Source: Malacoraja senta
Lineage: Eukaryota
DNA: 64,000 bases
Assembly: GCA_038087875.1 (NCBI GenBank)
Contig: CM075995.1
Location: 1,924,001 to 1,988,000, forward strand
Direction: 5' to 3'
Below, piece by piece: positions 1-13,003 of this stretch; the stretch's first letter is position 1, and every line of letters begins with the position of its first letter. The notes under the pieces are model-generated. The model was not told the DNA's origin and did no database searches. It was given only the letters and a program-made list of their open reading frames with translations. The position numbers were made by a program, and so were the translations under genes.

Positions 1-545
1 ATTCAATCATGGCTGATCTATCTCTTCCTAACCCTTTTCTCCTGCCTTCTCCCCATAATCTCTGACACCCATACTAATCAGGAATCTATCTATCGCTGTC
101 TTAAAAATATTAATTGACTTAGCCTCCACTGCCTTCTGCAGCAAAGGATTCCACAGATTCACCACCCTCTGACTAAAGAAATTCCTCCTCATCTCCTTCT
201 TATAGGAACGCCCTTTAGTTCTGAGGCTATGACCTCTAGCCCTGGACTTTCACACCAGTGGAAACATCCTCTCCACATCCACTTTATCCAAGCCTTTCAC
301 TATTCTGTTAGTTTCAATGAGGTCCCCCCCTCATTCTTCTAAGCTCCAGTGAGTACAGGCCCAGTGCCGACAAACAGTCATCATGCATTAACCCACTCAT
401 TCCTAGGATCATTCTTGTAAATCTCCTCTGGACCCCCTCCAGAGCCAGCACATCCTTCCTCAGATATGATGGCCAAAATTGCTCACAATACTCCAAATGC
501 GACCTGACCAGCGCCTTATAGAGCCTCAGCATTACATCCCTGTAG
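1..545 (-). mobile_element. CR1/HER1-like LINE 3' fragment (RT C-terminus + 3' UTR)
   Basis: ORF 314..688 contains VMLRLYKALVRSHLEYCEQFWPSYLRKDVLALEGVQRRFTRMILGM...LGLYSLELRRMRG, typical of the CR1 ORF2 C-terminus. Confidence 0.9.
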
Positions 546-1097
546 ATTCTACATAAAGGCAGAATATTAGTCGATAGGTATTCTCTACTCCTCCACCATT
601 TTTTCGGGGGGGGGGGGAGCGGCGGGGGGTGTATGTGTGTGTGTGTGTGTGTGTGTGCAATATATAGTTTGTTTTGAAAATGAATCAAAGGATCTTTCCC
701 ATCATCTGATACACACCCAGTCTACATAGCTTTGTTGATTATTTCCCAAATCGGAAATAACCAAATAATAGATTTTGAGAAAAAGCAAACGGGAAGTAAT
801 TAAGGCTGCTGATATTATGTAGAGTGGAAACCGGGAATGCTTAAAATCAAACAGTTTATTGTTTAGACCATTGTTTAGAATGACTGGCCATAGAAACTTA
901 TACATGGTATTGTAAACTTAAGTGGAAGATTTCAATATAATGCAATCGTTTTTTTAAACCAAAACGTATTAGCGTACTGCATTTCTTTTGCCGAGAATGG
1001 AAGGAGAAATCATGACATAAACTTGTTTAATGCAATAAAGAGGAACTATAGATGCTAGTTTATACCAAAGATTAACGCAAAATACTGGAGTAACTCA

Positions 1098-1291
1098 TGT
1101 TCAAGACTGGAAAATCGAAGGTAGACAAAAATGCTGGAGAAACTCAGCGGGTGCGGCAGCATCTATGGAGCGAAGGAAATAGGCAACGTTTCGGGCCGAA
1201 GTCTGAAGAAGGGTTTCGGCCCGAAACGTTGCCTATTTCCTTCGCTCCATAGATGCTGCCGCACCCGCTGAGTTTCTCCAGCATTTTTGTC
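1098..1291. mobile_element. Young Penelope-like fold-back insert with hammerhead core, nested in an older Penelope-like 3' end
   Basis: Inverted arms around 1200; core CTGAAGA agggtttcggccc GAAACGTT at 1203-1230; TSD TACTGGAGTAACTCA at 1083-1097 and 1292-1306. Confidence 0.85.
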
Positions 1292-2191
1292 TACTGGAGT
1301 AACTCAGCAGGTCAGGCAGCATCTCTGGAGAAAATGGAAGTGACATTTCTGGTCGGGACCTGAAAATGGCACGATTCCATCCGCCTCAACCACCACCCTT
1401 GGCAGCCTGTTCCAGGCACTCATCACCCTGTGTGTAAGGGGAGAACGTACAAACTCTGTACATACGGCACCCGTAGTCAGGTTCGAACCCTGGTCTATGG
1501 CCCAGTACGGCAGCAACTCTACCGCTGTGCCATCGTGCTGCCCTAAATTGGATTCTTTAAATGAAGCTATCAACACAAATTCCCAGCTCTTTCCCCTTCA
1601 AATAATACTTCATTTTTGCAAATATTTATCTAATTCCATTTTATATCATGTTATATTTTACAGCCTAATACCCATTCCTGAAAAAAATCCATTATGTATC
1701 TCTTTGCACAGGAATTTTATGTTCTGTTACAGTCCTGTAGCCATTGAAGACAACTTCTCACATGGGGCAGTACAGTGGTGCAGCTGGTGGAGCTACTGCC
1801 TCACAGCGCCAGAAAGCCAGGGACCCGGATTCGATTCCAACCTCGGGCGCTGTCTGTGGAGTTAGCACGGTGATGCTGCCTGTCCCGCTGAGTTACTCCA
1901 GCTTTTGGTGTCTATCTACGGTTTAAACCAGCATCTGCAGTTCCTTCCTACACACTCCCTGTGAACGTGTTGGTTTCCTCCAGTGGCTCCAGTTTTCTCC
2001 CACATCCCATAGGCGTGCGGTTTTGTTGGTTCATCGGCCCTCTGTAAATTGGACTTTCTCTGTGAGGAGTGGACATGAAAGCGGAATAACATAGAACGGA
2101 TGTGAACGGGTGATCGATGTTCAATGGTTCTTTTGTTCAATGGTCGACATGGAATCGGTGGGCCGATGCGGCTGTTTCCATGCTGTATCTC

Positions 2192-2728
2192 CGGTTGCTC
2201 TGCGGCCTAACATCATGGAGCTGGCGTCCTTGCTCGAGACTGACTTTGAGCCCCACCGTGGGGCAGTTGCCTGGGATTGACACTCCAACCGTGGCCTGCG
2301 GATTTCAACATCGAGGAGCTCGCAGTCCCGGGTAGAGACTGATGTCAGGAAGCTCCAAAGTCGCAGAAGGTTCGACTAGCCCCGACCCGGGGTCCGATCG
2401 CCAGCGCAGGGAGCTGAGATCCCCCTGATGCGGGAGCTTGATTGCCCCGATGCGGAGGGCTCGACCGCCAGCTACGGGAGCCAAGATCATCCAGACAACG
2501 GAAGGCTCTAGACCCTCGACCGCGGGAGGACAAAGAAGGGAAGAGATTTAACTTTTATCGCCTTTCATCACAGTGAAGAATGTGGAGGAGTCAATGTGGT
2601 GGATGTTTATGTCAAAATGTATTTTGTGTGTTTTGTTGCTTTTTATTGGTATGACTGTATGGCAAATCAAATTCCTCCTATGTCACAAAAATATACTTGG
2701 GTAATAAAGTATGATTATGATTATTATG
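2192..2728 (+). mobile_element. CpG-rich non-autonomous retroposon (family A), inserted in a V-SINE tail
   Basis: Homologous to the reverse complement of 56211-56785; ends in aataaagt(atgatt)n; ATCTC duplicated at the flanks. Confidence 0.7.
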
Positions 2729-3194
2729 ATCTCTAAACCAAACAACGTCAAGCCTTTCAAACCCATTGAAAATTATTCGACCAAATAATTTTTTCTACTC
2801 ATTTTAATAAATCACAGTGAGTGTAATCCATTGACACATGGCCAGATCTTGAGAATTCAGATGGCAGCCCAGATTGCGGGTTGCCCTAGGTCCAAGAACT
2901 GTGCTTCCTCACCCTCACTCCTATGTGAAATGCACTAAGCTGATTATCATGCACAGATCGGGCTTGTTAGCAAAGAACATGGGAGTTCCAAACACTGAAA
3001 CAACACAGCGTGACGCTGTCCTTAAAGATGTCAAGATATTCAAAGCAATTGCAATTTGGGCAAAACAAATCCTCGTTTATCTGATTTTTTTTTAAATGAC
3101 AAAAAAAGTAACCGCAGATTATGAAATGGCGAGACATCAACTGAGGGAACACTTGAAAAGTTCAGTTATTTTCTTAAGAAGAGACCTCTTCATT

Positions 3195-3560
3195 AGAGCC
3201 TCCTCGTCCAGTCGCATCCTGGCCGCTCCCTTTTCTCCCCTCTACCATCGGGCAAAAGGTATAGAAGTGTGAAAACGCACACCTCCAGATTCAGTGACAA
3301 TTTCCTCCCAGCTGTTATCAGGCAACAGAATCATCCTACAACAGTTAGAGAGCAATCCTGAACTACTATCTACCTCATTGGAGGCCCTCGGACTACACTT
3401 GATCAGACTTTACTGGCTTTATCTTGCTTTATCATGTTTCACACTGTGAATGGCTCGATTGTAATCATGTATTGTCTTTCTGCTGACTGGTTAGCACGCA
3501 ACAAAAGCTTTTCACTTACCTCGGTACACGTGACAATAAACTAAACTAAAGTTACTAACT
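3195..3560 (+). mobile_element. Rex1/Babar-like LINE 3' end
   Basis: Encodes SHPGRSLFSPLPSGKRYRSVKTHTSRF..., followed by a 3' UTR ending cacgtgacaataaa(ctaaa)n; the same UTR recurs at 27810, 28200, 51845 and 59510. Confidence 0.75.
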
Positions 3561-3720
3561 AAACAAACTAACTAGAATACATGATGAACCGCAGGATGCT
3601 ATTTAACATGCTCAGCAACTGTGGATCATGAACAATAATGTATGTGTTGATTCCCAGGTCATATTACTTCCCTGAGATTTCCAGCCAGCAGCACACAAGA
3701 AACAACACTATACATAATCA

Positions 3721-3885
3721 GTGTAGGAAGGAACTGCAGATGCTGGTTTAAACCAAAGATATACACAAAAAAGCTAGAGAAACTCAGCGGGACAGGCAGC
3801 ATCTCTGGAGAGAAGGAATGGGTGACGTTTCGGGTCGAGATCTTTCTTCAGACTGGTTAGGGATAAGGGAAACGAGAGATATAGC
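3721..3885 (-). mobile_element. Older Penelope-like 3' end with hammerhead core
   Basis: tgtaggaaggaactgcagatgctgg...gacgtttcgggtcgagatctttcttcag; core at 3824-3851 on the minus strand. Confidence 0.75.
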
Positions 3886-4064
3886 AAGAGGCACCACAGA
3901 GGGGGGCAGCGAGAGAGGATGTTGCAGAACCCTCGTCGGAAAACTTCTTCAAAGTAGACAAAAGAATCACACAGCACAGTAAAAGGCCCTTCAGCACAAC
4001 TCTCCCATGCTGTCGAAGGTGGCCAATGCAAGCTAGTACAATTTCCCCACGTTTAACTCATTTA

Positions 4065-5012
4065 GAAATATTGAAAAATAGGCACAGGAGTAGGTCATTC
4101 GGCCCTTCGAGCCAGCACCGCCATTCACCGCTGATCATCTAAAATCAATACCCCGTTCCTGCTTTTTCCCCCATATCCTTTGATTCCTTTAGCCCAGAGC
4201 TAAATCCAACTCCCTCTTGAAAACATCCAGTGAATTGGGCTCCACTGCCTCTGTGACAGAGTATTCCACAGATTCACAACTCTCTGGGAGGCATGGTGGC
4301 GCAGCGGTAGTGTTGCTGCCTTACAGCGATTGCAGCGTCGGATACCCGAGTTAGATCCCCACTACGGGTGCTGTCCGTATGGAGTTTGTACGTTCTCCCC
4401 GTGACCGCGTGGGTTTTCTCTGAGATCTACAGTTTCCTCCCACACTCCAAAGACGTACAGGTATGTAGGTTAATTGCTTGGTAAATGTAAAAATTGTCCC
4501 TAGTGTGTGTGGGATAGTGTTATGTGCGGGGATCATTGGTCGGAGCAGACTCGATGGGCCGAAGGGCCGGTTTCCACGCTGTATCTCTAAACTAAAATGT
4601 TTTTCCTCATCTCAGTCCTAAATGGCCTACCCCTTATTCTTAAACTGTGACCATTTGGTTCTGGACTCCCCCAACATCGGGAACATTTTTCCTGCATCCA
4701 GTCTGTCCAATCCTTCAAGAATTTTATATGTTTCTATGAGATCTCCTCTCATCCTTCTAAATTCCAATGAATACAAGCCCAGTTGACCCATTCTTTCATC
4801 GTATGTCAGTCCCGCCATCCCAGGAATTAACTTGGTGAACTTACGCTGCACTCCCTCAATAGCAATAATGTCCTCCCTCAAATTAGGAGACCAAAATTGC
4901 ACACATTACTCCAGGTGCAGTCTCACCAGAGCCCTGTACATCTGCAGTAGGACCTCCTTGCTCCTAAACTCAAATCCTCTCGTAACGAAGGCCAAAATGC
5001 CATTAGCTTTCA
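4065..5012 (-). mobile_element. CR1/HER1-like LINE fragment interrupted by a V-SINE
   Basis: ORF 4627..4902 QFWSPNLREDIIAIEGVQRKFTKLIPGM...RRMRGDLIETYKIL; 3' UTR at 4065-4285. Confidence 0.9.
4290..4596 (+). mobile_element. tRNA-derived V-SINE (HE1-like)
   Basis: A-box tggcgcagcgg, degenerate B-box, V-domain gtttcctcccacactccaaagac, CR1-like tail gggccgaagggc..tttccacgctgtatctctaaactaaa. Confidence 0.85.
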
Positions 5013-5556
5013 TCTAAACTTTCCCTCTAAACTTACCTACTCATGTACCTGGCCAAATATTATATCAATGTTATTTTACCCACCTTAACTACTTCTTCTA
5101 GCAACTCAATCCAGAAACCCACCACCCTCTGTGTGGAAAACATTTACCCTCAGGTTCCTATTAAACCTTTTTCCCCTTTCACCTTAAATCTATGCCCTCT
5201 AGTTCTTGATTTCCCTACCTGGGAAAAAGACTCTGTGCATTCGCCCTATCTATTTCATTCATGATTGGATACACCTCTATAAGATCTCTGCTCAGCCTCC
5301 TGCGCTCCAAGGAATGAAGACTGAGTCTGACCAAGCTCTCGCTGTAATTCATGTTCTCGAATCATGGCAACATCTTTGTAAATCTTCTCCCCCTTCTTTC
5401 CAGGCCCAGTTATATGAAAACAAATGTGTTGGGTTTGGAAATCAGAATTTTGAACTGCTCTTGGAAAACTTGATAGAAAATCATTGCTGAAAGAAATCCC
5501 CTAAATCTGCAACATAGCATTGGTAAATCAATCATTTTCGTGTAAAACTGATCACA

Positions 5557-5850
5557 GGGGTGGAACGGTGGCGCAGCGGCAGAGTTGCTGCTTTCCAGCA
5601 CCAGAGACCCAGGATCGATCCTGACTACGGGTGCTGTCTGTACACAGATTGTACATGACCACGTGAGTTTTCTCTGGGTGCTTCAGTTTCCTCCCACACT
5701 CCAAAGATTTGCAGGTTAATTGGCTTCGGTAAAAATTGTAAATTATCCCTCGTGTGTCATGTGTGCTAGTGTACGGGGATCGCTGGTCAGCACAACTTGG
5801 TAGGCCGAAAAGCCTGCTTTTGCGCTGTATCCCTAAATAAAATAAACTAC
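5557..5850 (+). mobile_element. V-SINE (HE1-like)
   Basis: tRNA head, V-domain and tail as in other copies. Confidence 0.85.
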
Positions 5851-6264
5851 ACTAATTCCCTTGACACCGAGTAGTTTTGATTCAGTTCAGAATAAACGCT
5901 TTCCAAGCACTGTCATTCTTCGATAATCTCTCAAATTATTTAGATTTAAAATATTAGAGTGGGAAATTGTCTTTCTAGTATTGATATTGGCTTCTTATTG
6001 TCATGTGTACTGAGTAACATTGAAAACTTTGCGTCCTATCCAGTCAACTATCCAGTCTAACGAAGGGTCTCGACCCGAAACATCACCCATTTCTTCTATC
6101 CAAAGATGCTGCCTGACCCAGAGTTACTCCAGCATTTTATGTCTATCTTTGGTGTAAACGAGCATCTGCAGTTCCTTCCTACACAACTGATAGTCGAGTA
6201 TAATCACGTCATACACAAGTACAACAGCCAGTACAAAGAAAATAGCCAGTGGGCAAATATTGAG

Positions 6265-6960
6265 TCATTGAGTTGTACAGCACAGAAACAGGCCCTTCGG
6301 CCCAACTCACCCATGCCGACAAAGATGCCCCATCTGACCTCATCCCATTTGCCTGTGTTTGGCTCATATCCCTCTAAACCTTTCCTATCCAAGTATCAGT
6401 CCTTTAAATGTTGTTATAGTATCTGCCTATATCATCTGGAAACTCACTCCATGTGTCCACTACCCTCTCTAAGTAAAAACGTTGCCCGTCAGCTTCCTAT
6501 TATATCTTGCCACTCACACCTTAAACCTAAGTCCTCTGGTTCTGCATTCCCCACCCTGGGTAAAAGATACCCATGTGCATTCACCCATCTATTCAACTCA
6601 GAATTTCGCACACCTCTATAAGACCACCCCTTAGTCTTCTGCGCTCAAAGGAATTAAGTACTAGCTTGACCAATCTCTCCCTTTACTCCGGCCCTTGAGT
6701 CCTGGCAACATCCCCGTAAATCTTCTCTGCACTAGTTCCAGCTAATTGACATTCTTCCTACAGCAGAGAGACCAAAACTGAACACATTAAGAAGGGTCTC
6801 GACCCGAAACGTCGCCTATTTCCTTCGCTCCCTAGATGCTGCCTCACCCGCTGAGTTTCTCCAGCTTTTTTGTCTACCTACAATACTTCATTCAATGTCT
6901 TGTACAACTGTGGGACATGTTGGTCGGTGTGGGCAACTTGGGCCGAAGGGCCTGTTTCCA
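6265..6960 (-). mobile_element. CR1-like LINE 3' fragment containing a Penelope-like insert (about 6789-6879)
   Basis: aaacaggcccttcggcccaac tail and CR1 3' region; internal gaagggtctcgacccgaaacgtcgcctatttccttcgctcc. Confidence 0.75.
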
Positions 6961-7232
6961 TGCTGTATGTCTAAATGACAAGCCCTGGTTTGAATAATTT
7001 CTCCTCTTAATTTAATAAGAGTCGAGGCATCAGTATCTTAATCCTATGCTGCACTTGCACCTTAAACAATCTACCCGTCCAAAAACATGGAGCGCTAACA
7101 GATCCCCAGCTGCGGTTTAATCAGTTGGATGCCAACATTCTGTCAGCCTTATAATTTTTTTTCCGTTTATTCTCAAACATCCAGAGATATTAAGCCAAAG
7201 GACACAAAGTGCCAGAGTAACTCAGCAGGTTA

Positions 7233-7495
7233 AGGGCCTGTCCCACTGTACGAGGTAATTCAAGAGTTCTCCCGAGTTTCCCCTGATTCGAACTCAGAGA
7301 ATTACGGTAATATGTTGAAAAATCTTCATGAGCTTACCGCGTTTCCCGGGTAACTGCCGTTAGCGTTACAAGCCGCTAAGAGACATCCCAAGATCCAACG
7401 TACCCGCTACGTACATTCTACGTACTTAACACAAGTTTGATTTTTTTTAAACTCGGGAGAGCTCTTGAATTACCTCGTACGGTGGGACGGGCTCT
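7233..7495. mobile_element. PIF/Harbinger-type MITE
   Basis: Long imperfect TIR AGGGCCTGTCCCACTGTACGAGGTAATTCAAGAG / CTCTTGAATTACCTCGTACGGTGGGACGGGCTCT; flanks TTA/TTG; splits a Penelope-like fragment. Confidence 0.8.
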
Positions 7496-7709
7496 TTGGG
7501 CAGCATCTCCGGAGAACATGGAAAGGTGACATTACCACTGAGTTAAACTGACACTCTTTTGTGTAAACCAGCATCTCACTAGTATGTAAATTGCACTGAG
7601 GTGGAATAGAAGTTGCAGTAATACAGAATACTTTTTGCATAACTGCGCCAGAAAGGGAAAAGGTCAAACAATGTTCCCACTCATGCACTATAAATTGAGT
7701 ACATCAGTT

Positions 7710-8000
7710 AGGGCGGCACAGTGGTGCAGTGGTAGAACTGCTGCTTCACAGCACCAGAGGCACGGGTTCGATCCTGACTACGGTGTTGTCTGTGTGGTGT
7801 TCATATGTTCTCCCTTTGGCTGCATGTTTATTCACTGGGTGCTCCGGTTTCCTCCTTCTTTCCAAAGACGTGCAGATTTATAGATTCATTGCCCCTGATG
7901 TGTAGGATGCAACAGTAGGATAACATTTAATGATGATCGATGATCGGTGTGGACTCAGTGGGCCGAAGGGCTTGTTTCCACACTGTATCTCCAAACGGAA
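7710..8000 (+). mobile_element. V-SINE (HE1-like)
   Basis: gggcggcacagtggtgcagtgg...gggttcgatcc head and tail. Confidence 0.8.
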
Positions 8001-8814
8001 CCAGGTATTAAATATCTTGGAAACACTACTGGCTCTTTCAACTAAAGATCAAGGGTATCACTGACCTGATAAAGGGCAAGGAGTGAACATTGCATTTGAC
8101 AATGACCTAGGTTTATCCACTGCAGGATTTTTAAAGAAAATATAATCCCATGAGGTTAGAATGCTTAGTCTGATGCTGATTATATCTACTAGGCTAACAG
8201 AATTTACCAAGGCTTTATTGAAGTCTGCAACGCAATTAGTTGTATATTCACAAAACCAAGTGGGCTGACATAAAGCAATTATTATCACTTTTTCGAAAAG
8301 AGTTTACTTTGCAACCTCAATTGACCTTGTGAGCTGTTAGCACATGATTTCCGTTCATCTCATTTGTTATTATTCTTTCCAGATATTAAATAAGAAAAGA
8401 CTGTATAATTGGGCCCTTCCACTCAAGGTCCAACTATGAACATATCGTCAAAGCCAGGAAAAATACTGTCATCTGACTGGACATTTTTAATTGCTATTCA
8501 ACGGAGCAGAAACTATAAAAGGCACTTAATTTGTACTTCCCTAACAAGACAAAATGACAACCCCTCATTAAAACACTGCAAGCACAACTTAATCTGTCCG
8601 TCTTCAGTTGCTATCCAATTGAGTTATATAATGGTCACTATTATAAACACAGATGTGATGAGACCACACTTTTGTTCGTGTATCAGGAGGAGGAGTGACC
8701 AGTGGAAGTACCTGAGTGCTGACATATCCTGAACATTGAGTTTCTGGTTCAAACTGAAGCATAATCTCCATGTTTCTACTCCAGGAGTTGGGCAAATTAT
8801 CAATATTAGATACA

Positions 8815-9125
8815 TTTAGTTTAGTTTCGTTTAGTTTAGAGATTCAGCGCTGAAACAGGCCTTTCGGCCCACCGAGTCCACGCCAACCAGCGGGTGATCC
8901 CTGTACACCAACACTATCTATCCTACACACACCAGGGACAATTTACAATTTTACCAAGTCAATTAGTGTACAGACCTGTGCGTCTTTGGAGTGTGGGAGG
9001 AAATCCGGGGAAAACCCACTCAGTTCACAGGGAGACCGTACAAACTCCGTACAGACAGCACCCATAGTTAGGATCGAACCCGGGTCTCTGGCGCCGCAAG
9101 GCATCAACTGTACCGCTGCTCCCTG
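8815..9125 (-). mobile_element. V-SINE (HE1-like)
   Basis: (tttag)n tail, tttggagtgtgggagg V-domain, ggatcgaacccggg B-box complement. Confidence 0.85.
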
Positions 9126-10012
9126 TGTGACCCCTGTGTGGGACAGAGCAGCGAACGAGAGATAGATATGTGGAGTGAATCAAATTAGCCAAGGACCAGG
9201 TTTTGGTGGTTTGATGGATCACAAAATATTTCTGTGCTGTCCTGTTACAATAATAAAGAGCGCTGAGCACTTCTTACAGAACAACAGAAAACTCAGCGAT
9301 GATATATATTCTCTGGGATTGCATGGCACTGCAGCGTTATATCACACTCTCCTGGGAGCATCGTGTGTTGGGCGCGCCTAGGACAATGTGGTCCAGATTT
9401 CTCTGTCAATCTTCATCATGGTCACAAGCCTGGTTAAAGTTTACCTTTGGCCTGATTTGACCCGAAAATGGTCACAAACACAACTGGGTTAAATCAACTT
9501 TCATCTGCAAAACACCGACAGAAGTGCTGTGTGATCCAAGTTATAGGTGCTCATTTTTCAACAGCAATTAGCAAGTGTGCATTGAAAGGATGGAATTTAT
9601 AGCACTAAAATCACAGCTTGCTTGCCTTCATTAATTGACAAGGCTCCCAAATACAATGCCATCTTTCTGCCCATTACATTACTTTCATACATACACAAAC
9701 GATTATCAAATTAAAACGGAAAATTGATAGACCATTATCTCAAACAGAGGATATATTGAATGAAGATTTGCTCATCACAAATCACCGCTTATAAATTTTT
9801 TAAAAGGGAATTAAATATTTGCTTTGAAAAAAGCAATACATAGTTTGGGAATTAGCTGGGTAAAATTAGATGGAATAGGTTTGGAGAAAAGAATGAATTC
9901 TGTGCTGCAATCTTTCAGAACTCTCATAGTGAAAAGTATTGAGAATTTTAGCTGGTATATTAACTTTTCATTCCGATTATGATGTACATTTTTTCTTTAG
10001 ATACTGATGTTA

Positions 10013-10726
10013 AGGGGCTGTCCGACTGCGGCGACCTAATTTACGAGTTTAGATGAGTTTGCCCTCGACTCAAACTCGCAGCATGGTCGACACGTGGTCC
10101 TAGTAGGTTCTATGAGGTCACTAACTCTCCTCCATGCTCGAGGGAAGTTCCCGCATACTCGAGGCCTCAGCAAGGTCGCAGAAATATTTTCAGCATGTTG
10201 AAAATTTTTCCTGGAGTAAAATTTGGTCGACATGGTTCTTTTTAACTCGTAGCGCAGTGCAGTGGGATCGCTAATTAGTTACAGGCAGTCGAGAGCAGCC
10301 GTAGGCAATCTCCTTCGGGCATTTTGATTGGCTCATTGGAGTTTTCAGGACCGAGGAAAACTGACCGGTAGGCAAAATGCCCGCTAAACTTTATTATACT
10401 TCTTAAAAGTGTCTCCACTCCTTCTCCACCCCCCCCCCCCCCCACTCTGCGCTCTCGAAAGGACTTACCGTACACTGTGGCAGCCGTCTTTTACCTTCCT
10501 CTTCATCGCGGGTGTGAATTTCAGACAGCGCTCCCCCGCTTTCCATGGCCCCCGCCTTTGCGATGTGTTTGTGTGCGCGTGTGTGTGCGGTTGGTCGATC
10601 CAGCTCGCAGTTTCAACGCGGATGATCGATCCAGCTCGAGGTTTTCCAGGCGAGTTCCCTTGAGCTTGAAGGTCGAAGACACTCTTCTTAACTCGCGGAT
10701 TCGGTCGCCGCAGTGGAACAGCCCCT
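10013..10726. mobile_element. PIF/Harbinger-type non-autonomous DNA transposon
   Basis: TIR AGGGGCTGTCCGACTGCGGCGACC / GGTCGCCGCAGTGGAACAGCCCCT with TTA TSD on both sides. Confidence 0.85.
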
Positions 10727-10894
10727 TTAATATTAAATGGTGGCACAGCGGTAGAGTTGCTGCTTTACAGCGCTTAACTTTTGCCACTTTCTGCAGTTTG
10801 TCTTTGGCATTATTAATGTAGCTGACAATACTCTCTGCCATTGAAGAACTATATCACTCAACTGAAACTCCAGATTCCACAAGGATCTATTTAT

Positions 10895-11260
10895 TCATAG
10901 TCATAGAATCATAAAACACAGAAACAGGCCCAATTCGTCTATGCCGACCAAGATGACTCATCTAAGCTAAAACTATTAGCCTATATTTGTCCCATATCCA
11001 TCATGGAGTCACAGAGTGATACAGCGTGGAAACAGGCCCTTTGGCCCAACTTGCCCACACCGGCCTACATGTTCCAGCTGTACTAGTCCCATCTGCCCGA
11101 GTCTGGCCCATATGCCTCCAAACCTGTCCCATCCATGTACCTGTCCAACTGTTTCTTAAACATTGGGATAGTCCCTGCTTCAACCAACTCCTCTGGCAGC
11201 TTGTTCCATACACCCACCACCCCTTGTGTGAAAACGTTACTCCTCAGATTCCTATTAAAT
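10895..11260 (-). mobile_element. Two CR1-like LINE 3' fragments
   Basis: Repeated gaaacaggccc tails and CR1 3' sequence. Confidence 0.75.
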
Positions 11261-11361
11261 AATCAAATCAATATCATCAATATAATCAAAACAATGGATT
11301 GGATTTGTTGCACAGCAAGTCAGAGTGTATTTTAGGAGTGTTGACATTCATTGTTCCTTAC

Positions 11362-11528
11362 CTCAAGATGCTCTAAAATGTACGGAGGGTTCGTCATTCC
11401 AAGCCGCAGCATCGCTCCCTCGGGAATCACTTCCACCAGTTTCCAAAGCAATGTGGGAAGATCTGTCCCGATATCTCTTCCGTAAGCACCTGTGTCTTCA
11501 CTGGTCAGCCATATTTCACAGACACCTT
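11362..11528 (-). CDS. CDKAL1: Internal coding exon of CDKAL1 (threonylcarbamoyladenosine tRNA methylthiotransferase, radical SAM), 167 bp
   Basis: Translates to (E)[55 protein letters not shown], recognisable as the vertebrate CDKAL1 radical-SAM segment. On the minus strand the acceptor is ttgacatgttttttcctcatgcAG|AAGGT (phase 1) and the donor is CTTGAG|GTaagg (phase 0). Neighbouring exons were not found in the window. Confidence 0.95.
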
Positions 11529-11684
11529 CTGCATGAGGAAAAAACATGTCAATTGTAGCATTTTCTGCACTCAAGAAATCTATCCTGATCAATACAATGC
11601 ACTATTCAGCACCTGTAGGTGCTTACATTACTTGAATCATTGAATCCTCACAGCAGTCATTCAGCCCTTCATCGAACAGAACAA

Positions 11685-11955
11685 CTTAGTTTAGTTTACA
11701 CTAGAGATACAGTGCAAAAAACTGCCCTTCGGCCCACCAATTCCACACCAACCAGCAATCCTCGTATACTACCACTATCCTACACACTGGGGACAGTCTT
11801 TGGAGTGTGGGAGGAAACCGGAGCACCCGGGAGAAACTCATGCAGTCACGGGGAGGATGTACAAACTCCGTACAGGCAGCACCCTTAGTCAGGATGGAAC
11901 CCGGGACTCTGCCGCTGTAAGGCAGCAACTCTACCGCTGCGCCACCGTGCCGCCC
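11685..11955 (-). mobile_element. V-SINE (HE1-like)
   Basis: Reverse complement of the SINE consensus ending ctaccgctgcgccaccgtgccgccc. Confidence 0.85.
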
Positions 11956-12099
11956 CTTACCGGAATCATTGAATGTTCACAGCAGTCATTCAGCCCTTTG
12001 TCAGGCAGAAGAACTCTCCAGCTCCAACCACTAGCCCTTTCCCTGCAGCCTGACAAGTTTTCCTCTACCACGTATTCACTGAATTGTTTACAAAGGAAC

Positions 12100-13003
12100 C
12101 TATCACCTCCATATGCCAGAGGAAGGATGTCATTAAGCTGGTGCTCTGGGATGCTAAGAAAGCTGGAAATAGCACAGAAAAGATTTACACGGATGTTGCC
12201 AGGACACAAGGACCTGAAATACAGGGAAAGGATGGGCAGGCTGGGACTTTATTCCTTGGACCACAGGTCATAGAGTCATACAGTGTGGAAACAGGCCGTT
12301 TAGCCCAACTTGCCCATGCCAACCAACATGTCCCATCTACACTAGTCCCACCCGCCTGCTTCTGGCCCATATCCCTCTAAACCTACCCAATCCATTAACC
12401 TGTCTAAATGCTTTTTAAATACTGCAAAGAAGGATGAGAGGGAATCTTATAGAAATATATACAATTATTAAGGGATTGGACAAGCTTGATGCAGGGAACA
12501 TGCTCCTCATGTTGGGGGAGTCCAGAACCAGGGGCCACAGTTTAATGATAAGGGGTAGGCCATTTAGAACTGAGATGAGGAAAAACTTTTTCACCCAGAG
12601 TGTTTTGAATTTGTGGAATTCTCTGCCTCAGAAGGCAGTGGTTGCCAATTCACTGGATGTATTCAAAAAGAGAATTAGATAGAGCTCTTAGGGCTAGCGA
12701 AATCAAGGGCTATGGGGAGACGGCAGGAACGGGGTACTGATTATGGATGATCAGCCATGATCACATTGAATGGCGGTGCTGGCTCGAATGGCTGACTCCT
12801 GCACCTATTTTCTATGTTTCTATGCAATAGTACCTGCCTCAACTACCTCCTCCAGCTACTTGTTACTTCCTACCACACTTTTCTGTAAAAAAGTTACCCC
12901 TCAGGTTCCCATTAAATCTGTCCCCCTCACCTTAAATCTACAACCTTACATCGATGTATAATCTCATGAGAGGAATAGATAGAGTGAATGCACAGAGTCT
13001 TGT
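12100..13003. mobile_element. Cluster of CR1-like fragments in both orientations
   Basis: ORFs with QKRFTRMLPG..ERMGRLGLYSL and MRGNLIEIYTIIKGLDKLDAG..RTRGHSL..NFFTQSVLNLWNSLP. Confidence 0.8.

Noticed and set aside
4290..4370. tRNA genes at SINE heads
   Set aside because: A/B boxes are present but continue into the V-domain and LINE tail; these are SINEs without a complete cloverleaf.
8058..8288. ORF containing EYTTNCVADFNKAL, resembling CDKAL1 'REYCVADFKRVV' of the next exon
   Set aside because: The match is only 5 residues; the expected flanking HPRVYAFLHIPVQS and VDFLKE are absent, so it is treated as chance.
11332..11592. 86-aa ORF as a standalone gene
   Set aside because: Only 11362-11528 is CDKAL1-like and it is bounded by splice sites; the rest is intron read-through.
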